Part shown: piece by piece, positions 1 through 10,955 of the stretch | Position numbering within the stretch: the stretch's first letter is position 1 | Layout: every line of letters starts with the position of its first letter | Assembly: GCA_001724245.1 (NCBI GenBank) | Contig: MEDX01000002.1 | Span: 62,001 to 82,973, forward strand | Direction: 5' to 3' | Source: Fonticula-like sp. SCN 57-25 | Lineage: Eukaryota | Length of the DNA: 20,973 nucleotides | Notes under the pieces: model-generated | Database searches by the model: none | Told to the model about the DNA's origin: nothing | What the model saw: only the letters and a program-made list of their open reading frames with translations | Position numbers and translations under genes: made by a program

Positions 1-32
1 TCTGCTGCTGGTCACATTGCCTCTTTGCTGAA

Positions 33-1923
33 ATGGCCGGTCTGAACGCCTATTTTGCTGATCGCTTCGGCTCGACCGATGACTTTGATGAAGAGGATTC
101 CGATGCCGCCTCTGACGAGTATGACGAGCCGCATGCCGATGAAGGCGCCGCCTCTGGCCTCGCCGACAAGCCGCTCTCCTCTTCCCGCCCCTCCATGACG
201 ATCCTCGACGGCCCCCAGCACGATCTCGAGGCCGTCAGCGACGAGGAAGAGATGGATTCCTTTGACGAGTCCTTTAACGATCTCGCCGACATCCCCGTCT
301 CGCCCGTCCCCATTTCATCCTCGATGCTCAACGACACTGCTCCGACGCCCGTTGCCGTCAAGGACACTCCCCGCAAGCCGCGCGTCGTCGGCCGCGCCTC
401 GCCTCTCCGCCAATCCCGCGTCGCCGAGCTGAGCGGCTCCCCGATGCCCGCATCCCCCAAGGATGCCCTCGAGTCGTCGTCATCCTCGGCATCATCCCCG
501 TCATCTCCTTCCTCTGACTTTGCCTCTTCGAACCTGAAGCGCAGCAGCTCCTCCGCGAGCCGCGTGAGCGCGCTGTCGCGCAGCGGCACGACCGCGCGCC
601 GCGCCGCCGAAGCGACGATCAACCGCATCAAGCACAAGCTCAAGATGCCCGCCGGCGAAAAAGAGTCGCTTTATGTGCCGTTTGTGACGGCGGCGTCGGG
701 GTCGACGGAGGTGCTGGGGGCGCTGCCGGCGAACACGCTCGAGGCGTTTCACGCGTGGTCGGCCAACAGGAAGCTGCAGCCGTCCAAGCAGACGTACGAG
801 AGGGGATGAATGGGAATGGGAAAGTGTGGGAAAAAGTGTTGTTTGGTGACATTTTGTGTCATTTTACATCACTTTACATCATTTTATGTCACTTTTTGTG
901 TCATTTTAGATCACTTTTTGGTGTCATAGTGTGTCATGTTGATTTTCAATTGTGTGTTCATGTGAACAATATTGGTAATTTTGTGTTACTTTTGTGTTAC
1001 TTTTGATATCATTTTATATCACTTTTGATGTCATTTTGTGTCACTTTTGTATCACTTTACTTTATTTTTGTATCATTTTATGTCATTTTGCCTCCTTTTT
1101 TCGTACTTTTTCCCTCCTTTTCTCCCCACTTACTAATTCTCTCTTTCTCTTCAGTTTCTTTGATACTGTTGGTGCGATGAGCAGCAATTTGTTTGAGATT
1201 TGCTTTTACGCCAATGGCGAAACATCCGCGCCTTATCTTCTCGACATTTGCTTTGGCACACTTGTTGTGCGTTCGTGGGAAACTGGCGCTGTTCTGAGAG
1301 AGTTTCCCTATTCAATCATCAAGAGGTGCGAAAGAAGAATAAGAATATGTTGGGATGAATGTAGAGCGTATATTGAATGGTTATTGTGGTTATTGTGGTT
1401 GTTATTATGTATGACTATCATATGTGACTCATGTATGGTATCATATGTGAGCACTATGGTATCATATGTGTCACTATTACTTATCATATGTGATCATTAT
1501 GGTATTATATGTGACTCAGTTATGGTATCATATATGATACTTTTACTTCATATATGGTCATTTATGGTATCATATGTGTCACTTTTCCGTATCATATGTG
1601 ATACTTTTACCTATGATTTTGACACTTTTACCTATCATTGTGACACTTTTCCTTTTCATATCTGATCATCATTATGTCACTTTTCCTATTCATTTTCCCT
1701 TTTCTATATTTACTTACGCTATTCCCTTAGTCTTTACCATTCTGTTGCTGACAAGAATGGAAATCGCCATCTTGTTTTCGAATTCGTCCGAAATGCTGAC
1801 ACACTCTCTGAGACTGGCAAGGTCCACGTGGCCCGCCATGCACTTGTCACGGAAGATCGCGAGACGCTCTATAGTGAGATTAAGAGTGCCATGCTGGCGC
1901 AGACAAAGAGGGCGAGCACGTGA
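33..1923 (+). CDS. Uncharacterised 374-aa protein: acidic/Ser-rich low-complexity N-terminus plus a probable PH/PTB-like C-terminal domain. Exons 33-793, 1155-1325, 1731-1923
   Basis: Donors GTACGA (794) and GTGCGA (1326); acceptors TTCAG (1154) and CTTAG (1730). The spliced frame is open for 1125 nt to TGA 1921-1923. The C-terminal strand pattern ending in an amphipathic helix (LVVRSWETGAVLREFPYSII...RHLVFEF...RETLYSEIKSAM) suggests a PH-like fold (inference). Confidence 0.75.
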
Positions 1924-1970
1924 TTATGGTCACGTGATTGTGGTCATGTGATTGGGTCATGTGATTGGGT
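1917..1970. repeat. Four tandem 13-14 bp units CA(C/T)GTGATT..GGT; the first contains the stop codon of the 33-1923 gene
   Basis: cacgtgattatggt / cacgtgattgtggt / catgtgattgggt / catgtgattgggt read directly. Confidence 0.85.
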
Positions 1971-2372
1971 ATAGATTTCCCTTTTGCGGGCAATAAGAAG
2001 GCACGAATTGTAATACATTATGCACAATGTGTTGCATATATATTGTATATCGAATAGCGAATACATTTCTGAATATCTATTTATGGGATATATGAACAGA
2101 TCACGTGAGCAAAGGTATCATTACATACAGTGTATATGGATATTGTATAGTACCTATACTGTACATAGGATACAGTATGGATACATGATCACGTATTCAA
2201 TGGTATCATCACATATGGTTATACTCTATTTAAAGTGTGCTTATGATTTCAATCAATAGTGTTTTATTATGCTTACTGAGTAGTACAACTGGTATCATAA
2301 CAATCTACAATATGCACAATCATATACTTCAACAATATACTTACTGTATCTAATCTCTCATATTGCCCCGTC

Positions 2373-5300
2373 TCACTCTGAAACACTTGTCTTTTTAATA
2401 TACCCCTTAATAGTCGCCTCCGCCGCCGCCCTTCTCATCATATTCGCCACATCTTCCCTACTCATCGTACTCGCCCCTGGATACTCAATATACTCCAACA
2501 TTCCAGCCAATGAGCTTACAGCTGCAATGTCCCTAAGCGATCGTTCGAAGCGCTGCTTGGTCGAGGGGCGCGGCTGGCCCAATAGGACGTCATAGTCATG
2601 TGCCATGGCGCGGAGAGAGGAGGGGGAGGGCGTGCGGACCACGTGGCGGAGAAAGTAGAGGTGGACCATGATCGTTTCAAAGTGGGCGCGGGAGCCTTTC
2701 GAGGCTGGAAATACAAAATTAAATAAGGAAAGATGAAAAGTATAGGAAAAGTGAAGAGAAAAAGTGGAAAATAAGAGAAAAGTAGTTAGTAAACCAATAA
2801 CAATCGAAAGAAACCATCATTAGAACCGATAAACAGAGAATAAAACATAAAAAAGAAGAAAAAGAATTGTGGACCAATCAAAAATCAAGAAAAATAATAA
2901 TCAACCAATCAAAATCAAAATCGACCAATCAGATCAATCCACTCCAATAAAACCCATAAAAAACACATTTTCAACCAATGACGAACCTTTTGCGAGCAAT
3001 TCCTCGTCACTTGTGACACGGTGAAAGTACGCCACACGTGTCTGCTCATCGACGGTCATCCGTCGCAGCTCTGGACATGCCGCGAGGATCGTCGGCCAGC
3101 ATCGCTGCAGCATCTCGGGAATGAACACACTCAAAAAAGCGCCCCAGTGGACTTCGACGAGTGAAAGTAGAATGAGGAATTCGCCGAGATTTAGTACGCG
3201 ATTGCGATGTCGGCGCTCATCTGAAAGTAGAAATCCGCCAACTTTTTTCTGGCATGACACAAGTAGCTCGGGGTACTGAAAGGGTATATGAGTGAGAAAT
3301 TGAAAAGGAGTATCAAACAAGATATATGTACAATAATAGATGTACAATAGAGTACAATACATATGAAAATGACACTTTTTCATATAACAAACATAATTCA
3401 ATATCAAACACATCTCAAATGATATTCAAATATGACTTGATTGATATCAAAAAATGACTTTTCATACCAAACATGACCCAAATGATATCAACCACAACTC
3501 AAAAACACTCAATTCATATCAATTTCACACCACATTCACACTAAATACATAATAAAAATATATCTAGAACGTACGACTTCTGCAAAGTGAAGAAGAATGC
3601 GATGAAAAGCACAATATCCTTCAAGTGCCTTGAACGGATGAATAGTCTCTTTCATTGCACTTACCACCATATTGTTCATTAACATGCCAAGCACCGCTAC
3701 GGCCATTCCTGGTACGAATCGGCGCTCACTGGCACGCTCACTGCGATGTGCAGTGGGCGTTGAGGGCCACGTGACGGGAGGGACTCTTTGGGGAAGATTA
3801 GATAGGGAAAATAAGAGATAAAGTGACAAAATATACTCTAAAAGTGACAAATTACACTCTAAAAGTGATACAAAATGACACAAAATGACACAAAAATCAT
3901 CCAAAAAGTGACACAAAATGACCCAAAAAGACCCAAAAAGACATAAAAAGACACAAACAGACACATAATATCATTCTTTCTCACTCTCTTTTGGCGTACT
4001 TTCTCTGCTCAGTTGCCGTAGTAATAGCATAAATAGCCTCCTCCATCATGCCCGCCGCCCTCTTCCCATGCGCCTCACAAATATACATTGGCATCCAATA
4101 ATTCAGCGTCATATCCCTCCTTATCGAGTGCCTCACCCTATGGTCAAAAAACGCCGTCGCACTTAAATAGTCAAAGCAGACTTCAAGGCGCGTCACTTGA
4201 AACGGCGACGCTCCTGATTGGCCGCCGCGGGAAATGTTGAGGCCGAGGCCGAGTGTGTCGTCAGTGTAGCGTTTTAGGGTGGCCCAGCAGGTGAGGTCCG
4301 AGCTGATGAGGGAAAGGACTTCGGCTTCGCGTTGGACGAGGCGGTATTCGCGTTCTGATAGGCTCATTTCTGGGAGAAATTGGGATTAATAGCCAATGAC
4401 AGTAGGGGAAGGGGGGAATAAAGATAATTTTATAATATGGGTCAATAATGATAACAATGTGGTAACAATATGGATCAATAATGATAACAATATGGTATCA
4501 ATATGGTAACATAATAGTAATAACATGGTCAATATGAGTCAATCAATCAAGTAACAATATGGTCAATATGAGTCATTCAATCAAACAACAATATGGTCAT
4601 CAATATTGGACAATCGACAACACTATCCCAATCAAGCAATATAAACAGTATCATTCAATATTCATCATCCACATGGCCACGTACCAACACGTGACAGCTG
4701 CGCCTCGCGCTGCTTGAGCGCATCATACTCCCTATTAAACCTATCAAACGCCGACTATTCCTCTTCGTCAGCCAATCAAAACGAACCAAAACAAATTCCA
4801 ACCAATCACCGCACCCCCAACTCCTGAGTCCACCCCTGTCTCATTCTCGCCATCTCGACATAATTCACATTCATAAAGTCGCTCGCCGCGATCCCCTCGA
4901 GCACCCTCAGTACATCCTTGAAACTTGGCCTATCATGATGATCTCGTTCCCAACAGCGCTGCAGCAGGGTTGCGAACAGTGGCGGGCAACTTGATGGAAT
5001 GGGGAGGGAAAGTGTGCCGCTGCCGACGCCAAAGGCGACTGCGAGGGAGGGGATGCCAGAATAGGGAGTTTGGCGAGTGAGGATTTCCCAGACGAGGACG
5101 CCGAATGAATATACATCGGCTTTTTCATTATACGGTTCATTCTGGAAAAAGTTAGAAAAATGGCACATAAAAATGCATAATAATAAAGAATTTATCATAT
5201 AAAAAGTATAATTTATCATATTGAATGTGTACTTACTCATATAAAAATATATCTGTATCATATCAAGCACCTATAAAAATATAACAACTTCACATCATAC

Positions 5301-6558
5301 CCACCTTTCCCACCTTTTTCCCACAACAATTCATACCTTTATGACTTCTGGTGCCATGTACTCGAATGTCCCCACGGCACTCATCCTATCCGTCATGGTC
5401 TCGTCCCTCGTCCTCGACAGCCCAAAATCGCTAATCTTTAGCGCACCATCGCTAAACACCAGCACATTACTCGGCTTCAAATCGCGGTGAATTACACAAA
5501 CGGGCGCTTCAGTATGAAGGTAGTTCATCCCCGTTGCGATTTGCATGGCCCAATCGACAACGACAGTCGCTTCAATGTTGCGATCGTGGATCGCTTGCTT
5601 GAGGTTGCATTGTGCGTATTCCATGATCAGGCAGAAATTGGGAGGGTCAAAACAGGCGCCAAAGACTTGGACGACATTGCGGTGGCGAATTTTGCTGTTT
5701 AGAGAGGCTTCTTCGTCGCACGCCGAAAGCAGTTTTTTGATCGCGACGATGCGGCCATTCCAGCTGCCCCTGCAAGTCAAACAAAGAAAAAAAAATGACA
5801 AGTCAGATTGATTCATGAGTCATGAAAAAGATCGGTGGCGTACTTGAAGACGGCGCCGAAACTGCCGCGGCCGATGCACTCGAGGAACTGGAGCTCGTCA
5901 AAGTCGACCATGGGCATGGCGGTGACGCCGTTGGCCATGGCGCGGTGAGTGGGATCGACCGTGCGGCGGATCAGGGCGAGAAGCTTGAGGCGCGGGCCCA
6001 TCGGGATGTTGAGCGCGCGGAGATGCGACTCGCGAAGGAGGAGAAAGGCTTCGCAGTCGACTTGGTTCTCTTCAAAGACGTTAATGTACGCGCCGAGATC
6101 GGCTTGCTCGAGGAGAAGGCGCAGCTCAGTGTCGGCGACAAAGGACGAGCTGTTGGTCGCGCTGCCGCTCGCGCTCGCCGATGTTCCTTGAGAGCAGTCA
6201 GCAAAATGACGCAAAAGGGAACAAAGAGGCGCAAAAGAAGCCAAAAAGACGCGCAAGTGTATCAAACAACGTACCTGTTGCGCTGTTTGTTTCTGGGGGC
6301 GAATCTGTCGTTGTGTCGGCCAGGGGCAGGATGTGCAGGTCCTGCGACTGCGACATTGTCGAGTCCAGCGACAACATCCCGAGCCGCTCCTGCGCGTCGG
6401 CATCTTCCGACTCCATGACCGAATGCTCGCTCGCTGTGCGTGGACGGTCAACTACGTCATAAGTCAGCGTCCTATACGACGCCCCGCGATCACGAAACAC
6501 GTCTCATACCGTCCGCCGCGATTGATCTCGAATCTGATGCTTGGGGATCGCTGCTCAT
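2373..6558 (-). CDS. 871-aa TKL (MLK/ZAK-like) kinase: SAM - kinase - coiled coil - uncharacterised C-terminal domain. Exons 6558-6510, 6451-6275, 6186-5844, 5769-5337, 5141-4815, 4754-4685, 4369-3985, 3785-3575, 3275-2987, 2704-2373
   Basis: All nine GT-AG introns keep the frame (2616 nt). SAM motif LGAYINVFEENQVDCEAFLLLRESHLRALNIPMGPRLKLL. Kinase motifs GRGSFGAV, VAIKK, HRDLKPSN, DFG, GTFEYMAPE, DVYSFG, CW..D...RPSF. MLK-like zipper W..EL...FDRFNREYDALKQREAQLSR. Confidence 0.85.
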
Positions 6559-7039
6559 GTTGGGCGATTTCGCGTCCACAGGAAAGAGAGCGCAAGTGGC
6601 AACCGGAAAAAAGCCGAGCTCGCCTTTCGATAGTCTCCGACAAAAGGGGCGGCGACGCCATCTTAACTCGGCGCCGCCCCGCAACCTTGCAATGATGACA
6701 CATTTCCCGCCAAATCTGATTGCCGAATTGGGTAACGCGACGCCCCCTGAGCGGCATCAGCTGCGAATGCGCGCAACGAGCAGGTGAACGGAAGTTCGAA
6801 AGCGCCGATTTACGCTTGGCACGAAGCGTACGACACGCATAGTGAGACCAAATGTGCCGCTTTAGGAAACTGGCCACGTTTTCGAGTTCCGCACATGACA
6901 GGTTGAATCATCGTTCTCGAGGTTCGAGCAGTTAATATCAGATGCCATTATAAGTACGGCAAAGTGTCTATTAATATACAACGAAACACAAATAGTTATA
7001 ATACAAAACTAGAGTACAATGAGCCATGCGGCCAATATC

Positions 7040-10000
7040 TTATTCGAGCTGGATGCCGACGAGGACATCGCCGCGCGTGCCGATCAAGATCATGTCGCGC
7101 ATCACGACCGGCGACGAGAACGACTCTTTGCTGTCGACCCTCACACTCTCCTTTCGCTCAACCTTGCCGTCCTTGACGTGCACGACATGAACAACCGCGT
7201 CGGTCGAAGCGATGACGATGATCGATCCGCCATCCTCGAGCATCACGCACGTCGGCGCCGCCGTGATGTGGCCGTCGCCCAGCCGATCCTCCACAACTAA
7301 ACGCCCCGACGCCGCGTCGTAGCCGCGAAGAACGCCGTCGTCCGCGCCGAGCCACGCAACGCCGCCGCACACGACCGGCGACGAATAAACCGTGCTGCCG
7401 ATACGTTCCCGCCAAATAGTGTCGCCGGAAAGGGAAAGCAAACAAAGTGTCCCATCGACTGCAGGCACCAAAAGGCCACGTGGGTCGGAAAAAGAAAGGT
7501 CATGTGACTCGTGTGACACATGGCCACGTGGGTCTTGAATGTCAGGTAAGTCCAATTCGTGTATGACATTGGGCTTGCCTGGCTCTTGTGTAGATGAGTC
7601 ACCAAGTATCTCTTGCACCTCACCACGTGGCCAAACAAGAGCGACGGCGGCAAAAATTGGCTTGAATCCTCCACGTGACCATACAAGATCACCCGTGGCA
7701 GCGTCAACCACGTGGACACTCCCACCGAGCGTCGCAAAAACCACTTTTTCCCGCCCAATCGCCCGCGGCGCCGCAACAACAGCGCCATCAAGCACTCTCA
7801 TCCACGTGGCCTCACCGGTCGCCACATCCACTGCACGAGCCACGTGGTCATGCGCACCAAAAAAAACGCGATCGCCGACGACCAATGGCGTGCACTTTAC
7901 AATCCCATTCGTCCTCGCCGCCCACTTTTTCGCGCCATTTTTCGCGTCAATCGCGTACACGTGGCCATCATGCGTGCCAATAATGACAAGCGAACCGTCC
8001 AATGAGAGCGCAGGAGAGCCTTCAATACGCGCGCCAAGGTCTATTGTCCAATAGGAATGGCCGTTGGCGGTCGAGACGGCCGCGAGCAGGCCAGAGTGAG
8101 AGCCAATATAAGCGATGTGGCCACGTGATACAGGTGAGCCATCGATGCACTTGCCGAGTGGAAAGCGCCACGTGACTCGCATTGATGAAGTGGGCGAAAG
8201 TATCGTATCGGAAAAAGAAAGGGAAGCACAGGCCATGCGAGTGTCATTATCATAACTGGCATCTTGGATATGAATTGATGACGTGTCATGAGTGTTGTTG
8301 TGGCCACGTGATGATACTTGATCACTTGAATCATCCTTATTTGAAGAAGCAGTATCAATATGTCCAGTTGGATATCTAGATATATTATTGCTTGATTGAG
8401 AATCAGAGTCACTTCTTGGACGTTTGCGAGATGACTCAAGATCTGATAGTAGATCTGATAGTAGATTTGTTAATGGCTCATGCAACAGACGAACAAGAAA
8501 TCTATCATTACATATCAGTATTATATAATTATAAATCATTATCGTACGAATGGACGTCCGCGTCGGCCCAATTGCCGATAAAAGGCCTGACACTTTCCGC
8601 GACACGCAAAGCATCCAATGACGTCCCGCCGATCGCCACAAACACGTCATCCTTCCCCGGCATCCAATCACCTTCCATCTTTAACACTGCTCTCAGCGAA
8701 TCACAAAACACCTCTGCAGCATTTCCCGCCAAATTCCCACCAACCACCTTTAAGAGCGCCGCGTCGTCCGCCTTGCCATTGACCGTCACGGGAATTTCAC
8801 TGACCACGTGGACGATGTCTGGCAGCGCAAATGGCGGCAAAACAGAGGCAAGATGTTTGACCACGTGGCCATGATCACCTCCTGCAATAAAGAGGAAGAT
8901 CACTTGGCCGCGCAACAATGCCCTCGCTGAATTCACTTCAAAACAAGATCGTGCCGCCGCCTCGATCTCGTCCAAGTTGAAACGGCCGCCTTGTCGCTTT
9001 ACTTGCCGATCGGCGCGGCCAATTATGACAAAGCTATTAATAGCTTTTTCAACAAGATCGCCCGTAAAGCGCAGTCTAGTATGTATGAGCAACGCCGATA
9101 CAAAGTAAAAAGGCGTACAGTTGAGGTTGGGCCTCGTCAGACACGTGACATAAGCGCGCCTCGCCGCCAATGAAAAGACGGCCGTCGCGCACGTGCAGCT
9201 CAGTGTCGTCGAGTGGCTCGCCAATGACGCAATGCGCGTCGTCTATATAAGAGTCGAAAGTGACGCGGTGAAGGGCGGCCCAGATGCTGCACTCGGTCGT
9301 GCCGTAAATATTGAAGAGATCGGCAGTGCAGCCTTCAGTGTGCCATTGTGCAAATATGGGTCGAGGCGGGAACGCTGCATGGGTCAGAAAGGCATATGTT
9401 GGAGCGTGTCGTACGTTCACCGCCGAGGACGATGGCGCGAAGGTGACCGGACCAGATGCGCGTGCGATCGGCGGCATCAAAGCGGCTGAATAAAGATGGC
9501 GTTGTGGCGAGCAAGGTGACGCGCTCGGCGGCCAAAAGCGACGAAAGAAAGAAAGGGTCGCTCTATGGCCAAACGTTTAGTGCACTTGAATGTCATCTAA
9601 AGCGTACCCGTGCCGATGGCGGCGGGATGATGAGCGATGCCTCGGCTGCTGCCGCGCCGAGCATCTCGACGAGGCAGGGATCAAAGGTCGGTGGCGTGAG
9701 CTGCACGAGCGTGTCGTCGCGCGAAAGGCTCAGGCGGCGGACGAGCGACGCAATGTTGCTGTCGATGCAGCGATGAGGGACGCGAACTGGCTTGGGCGGC
9801 CCGGTCGTGCCTGACGTGAACATGATGTACGCATAAGGCGAGGGTGCGAAGGCGCCGTCCAAGGAAAGTCTGCGCACAGAAAAGGCCGTCTCACTGTCGG
9901 GGAGCGGCACGATCATGTGCGTTGCGCCGGCGATGCGCAGCATGATCTGCTCGCGAGCATCGGAAGTGTCGCCGCCGAGATGCACAAAGGTCACCTGGCG

Positions 10001-10186
10001 GCGCTTGCATGCGAGCGTCGCTAGCAGGCACGGCAGACCAGAGGGGAGACGGACGGCAACAACGGCAGGCAGAGAAGGCAGACTCTGCTCGGCTGCTTGT
10101 AGAAGCGAGATCAGCTCGGGCTGATCGGCTTCATGTCGGCGGCCAGCGGCATCATACCAAACGACGCGGCGAGGAACAGCAGTCAT
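7040..10186 (-). CDS. AASDH: AASDH/ACSF4-like NRPS-type enzyme, 990 aa: adenylation domain - carrier domain - PQQ-type beta-propeller. Exons 10186-9608, 9562-9415, 9374-9119, 9075-8548, 8501-7040
   Basis: Adenylation motifs YIMFTSGTTGPPKPV, TFDP, LGGEPFP, NIYGTTE, TGD, GRADRQVK, NGK. Carrier motif FVAIGGTSL. Propeller begins W.FPLGKCIDGSP followed by YIGSHSG. Four 40-46 nt GTACG..AG introns keep the frame. Confidence 0.9.
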
Positions 10187-10299
10187 CAATAGAATAAACA
10201 AACGTTGGGAAAATGCGCATCATATAATATAATTGAATGGTCATTGTAGTTATTGGAATTCAATGCTAAAGTGAATATATTATAGTACAGCATGAAAAG

Positions 10300-10840
10300 T
10301 ACAAAATATATAGGTTGGATCTTCAGGGGTACGGCAATCCCGGGCCGAACATGTCAAAATGCAGGATCGACCTTGGCGGCGGCGATCGACCACAAAATCC
10401 ATACAATATCGATCTGGCGTTCGTAGAGAGCCGCACAAACTCGGCTGCCTTTGAATGACAACTGGCATGGCGGCATTGCCTCGCCGATCTCACAGACTTG
10501 CATGGCCGAGGCCTATTCATGACGGCCGATCGTTGGCGGGATGCCAAGGTCATAACAGCGGCAAAGCCGGTATAAAGACCAGTGCGTCAAAACATGTCAA
10601 GTAGAGGTAGTATCTATGTCACGATCGTTAGATACAGCTCGCGAAGATGGTCAAGGAATATAGAGAGAAGAGGTTGAGATCAGGCTCATTAAATCAGAAT
10701 TTTGCGCTCATAGACGTCGCGGCAAAAAGAGTATGCATCTTGTCTCTATACTATTCACCCCCCATCTCTCCATTTTTGAAACCAGCACGTACCGCTACGG
10801 CGATCTCGCCATTCTCTAACGGAAAAAGTCCATCCTGCGA
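10300..10840 (-). ncRNA. Putative non-coding spliced snoRNA host transcript (ends approximate)
   Basis: Clear intron 10792-10614: GTACGT donor, pyrimidine tract, CTAAC branch point, TAG acceptor. Exon 1 holds only 5-codon ORFs (MDFFR*, MARSP*). Exon 2 ORFs are 76 aa or shorter and unrecognisable. Confidence 0.55.
10676..10746 (-). ncRNA. Intronic box C/D snoRNA predicted to guide 2'-O-methylation of 18S rRNA A100 (yeast numbering); snR51/SNORD57-like
   Basis: A 14-nt guide CUGAUUUAAUGAGC (10697-10684) is complementary to conserved 18S GCUCAUUAAAUCAG and abuts box D CUGA (10683-10680). The D+5 nucleotide pairs with the A in GCUC-A-UUAAA. Terminal stem GAGA/UCUC; degenerate box C AAGAUGC (10741-10735) in k-turn register. 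It lies inside intron 10792-10614. Confidence 0.8.
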
Positions 10841-10955
10841 GGCGAACCGCGTGCTCGAAAAAAGACAAAGATGAAAAGCGATGAATTCAATCGAAAAGTT
10901 GGCCTGGCGACCACGTGGCCTACAGTACTGTCGCAGTCTTGTGCCCACCTTGAAG

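Noticed and set aside
994-1665. Hydrophobic 223-aa ORF resembling a membrane protein
   Set aside because: Mostly T-rich intron read-through; only 1155-1325 is exon.
10672-10700. CCTGATC in an intron, suggesting a fungal TPP riboswitch
   Set aside because: It lacks CUGAGA and the P5 UAAU loop; the snoRNA reading explains it better.
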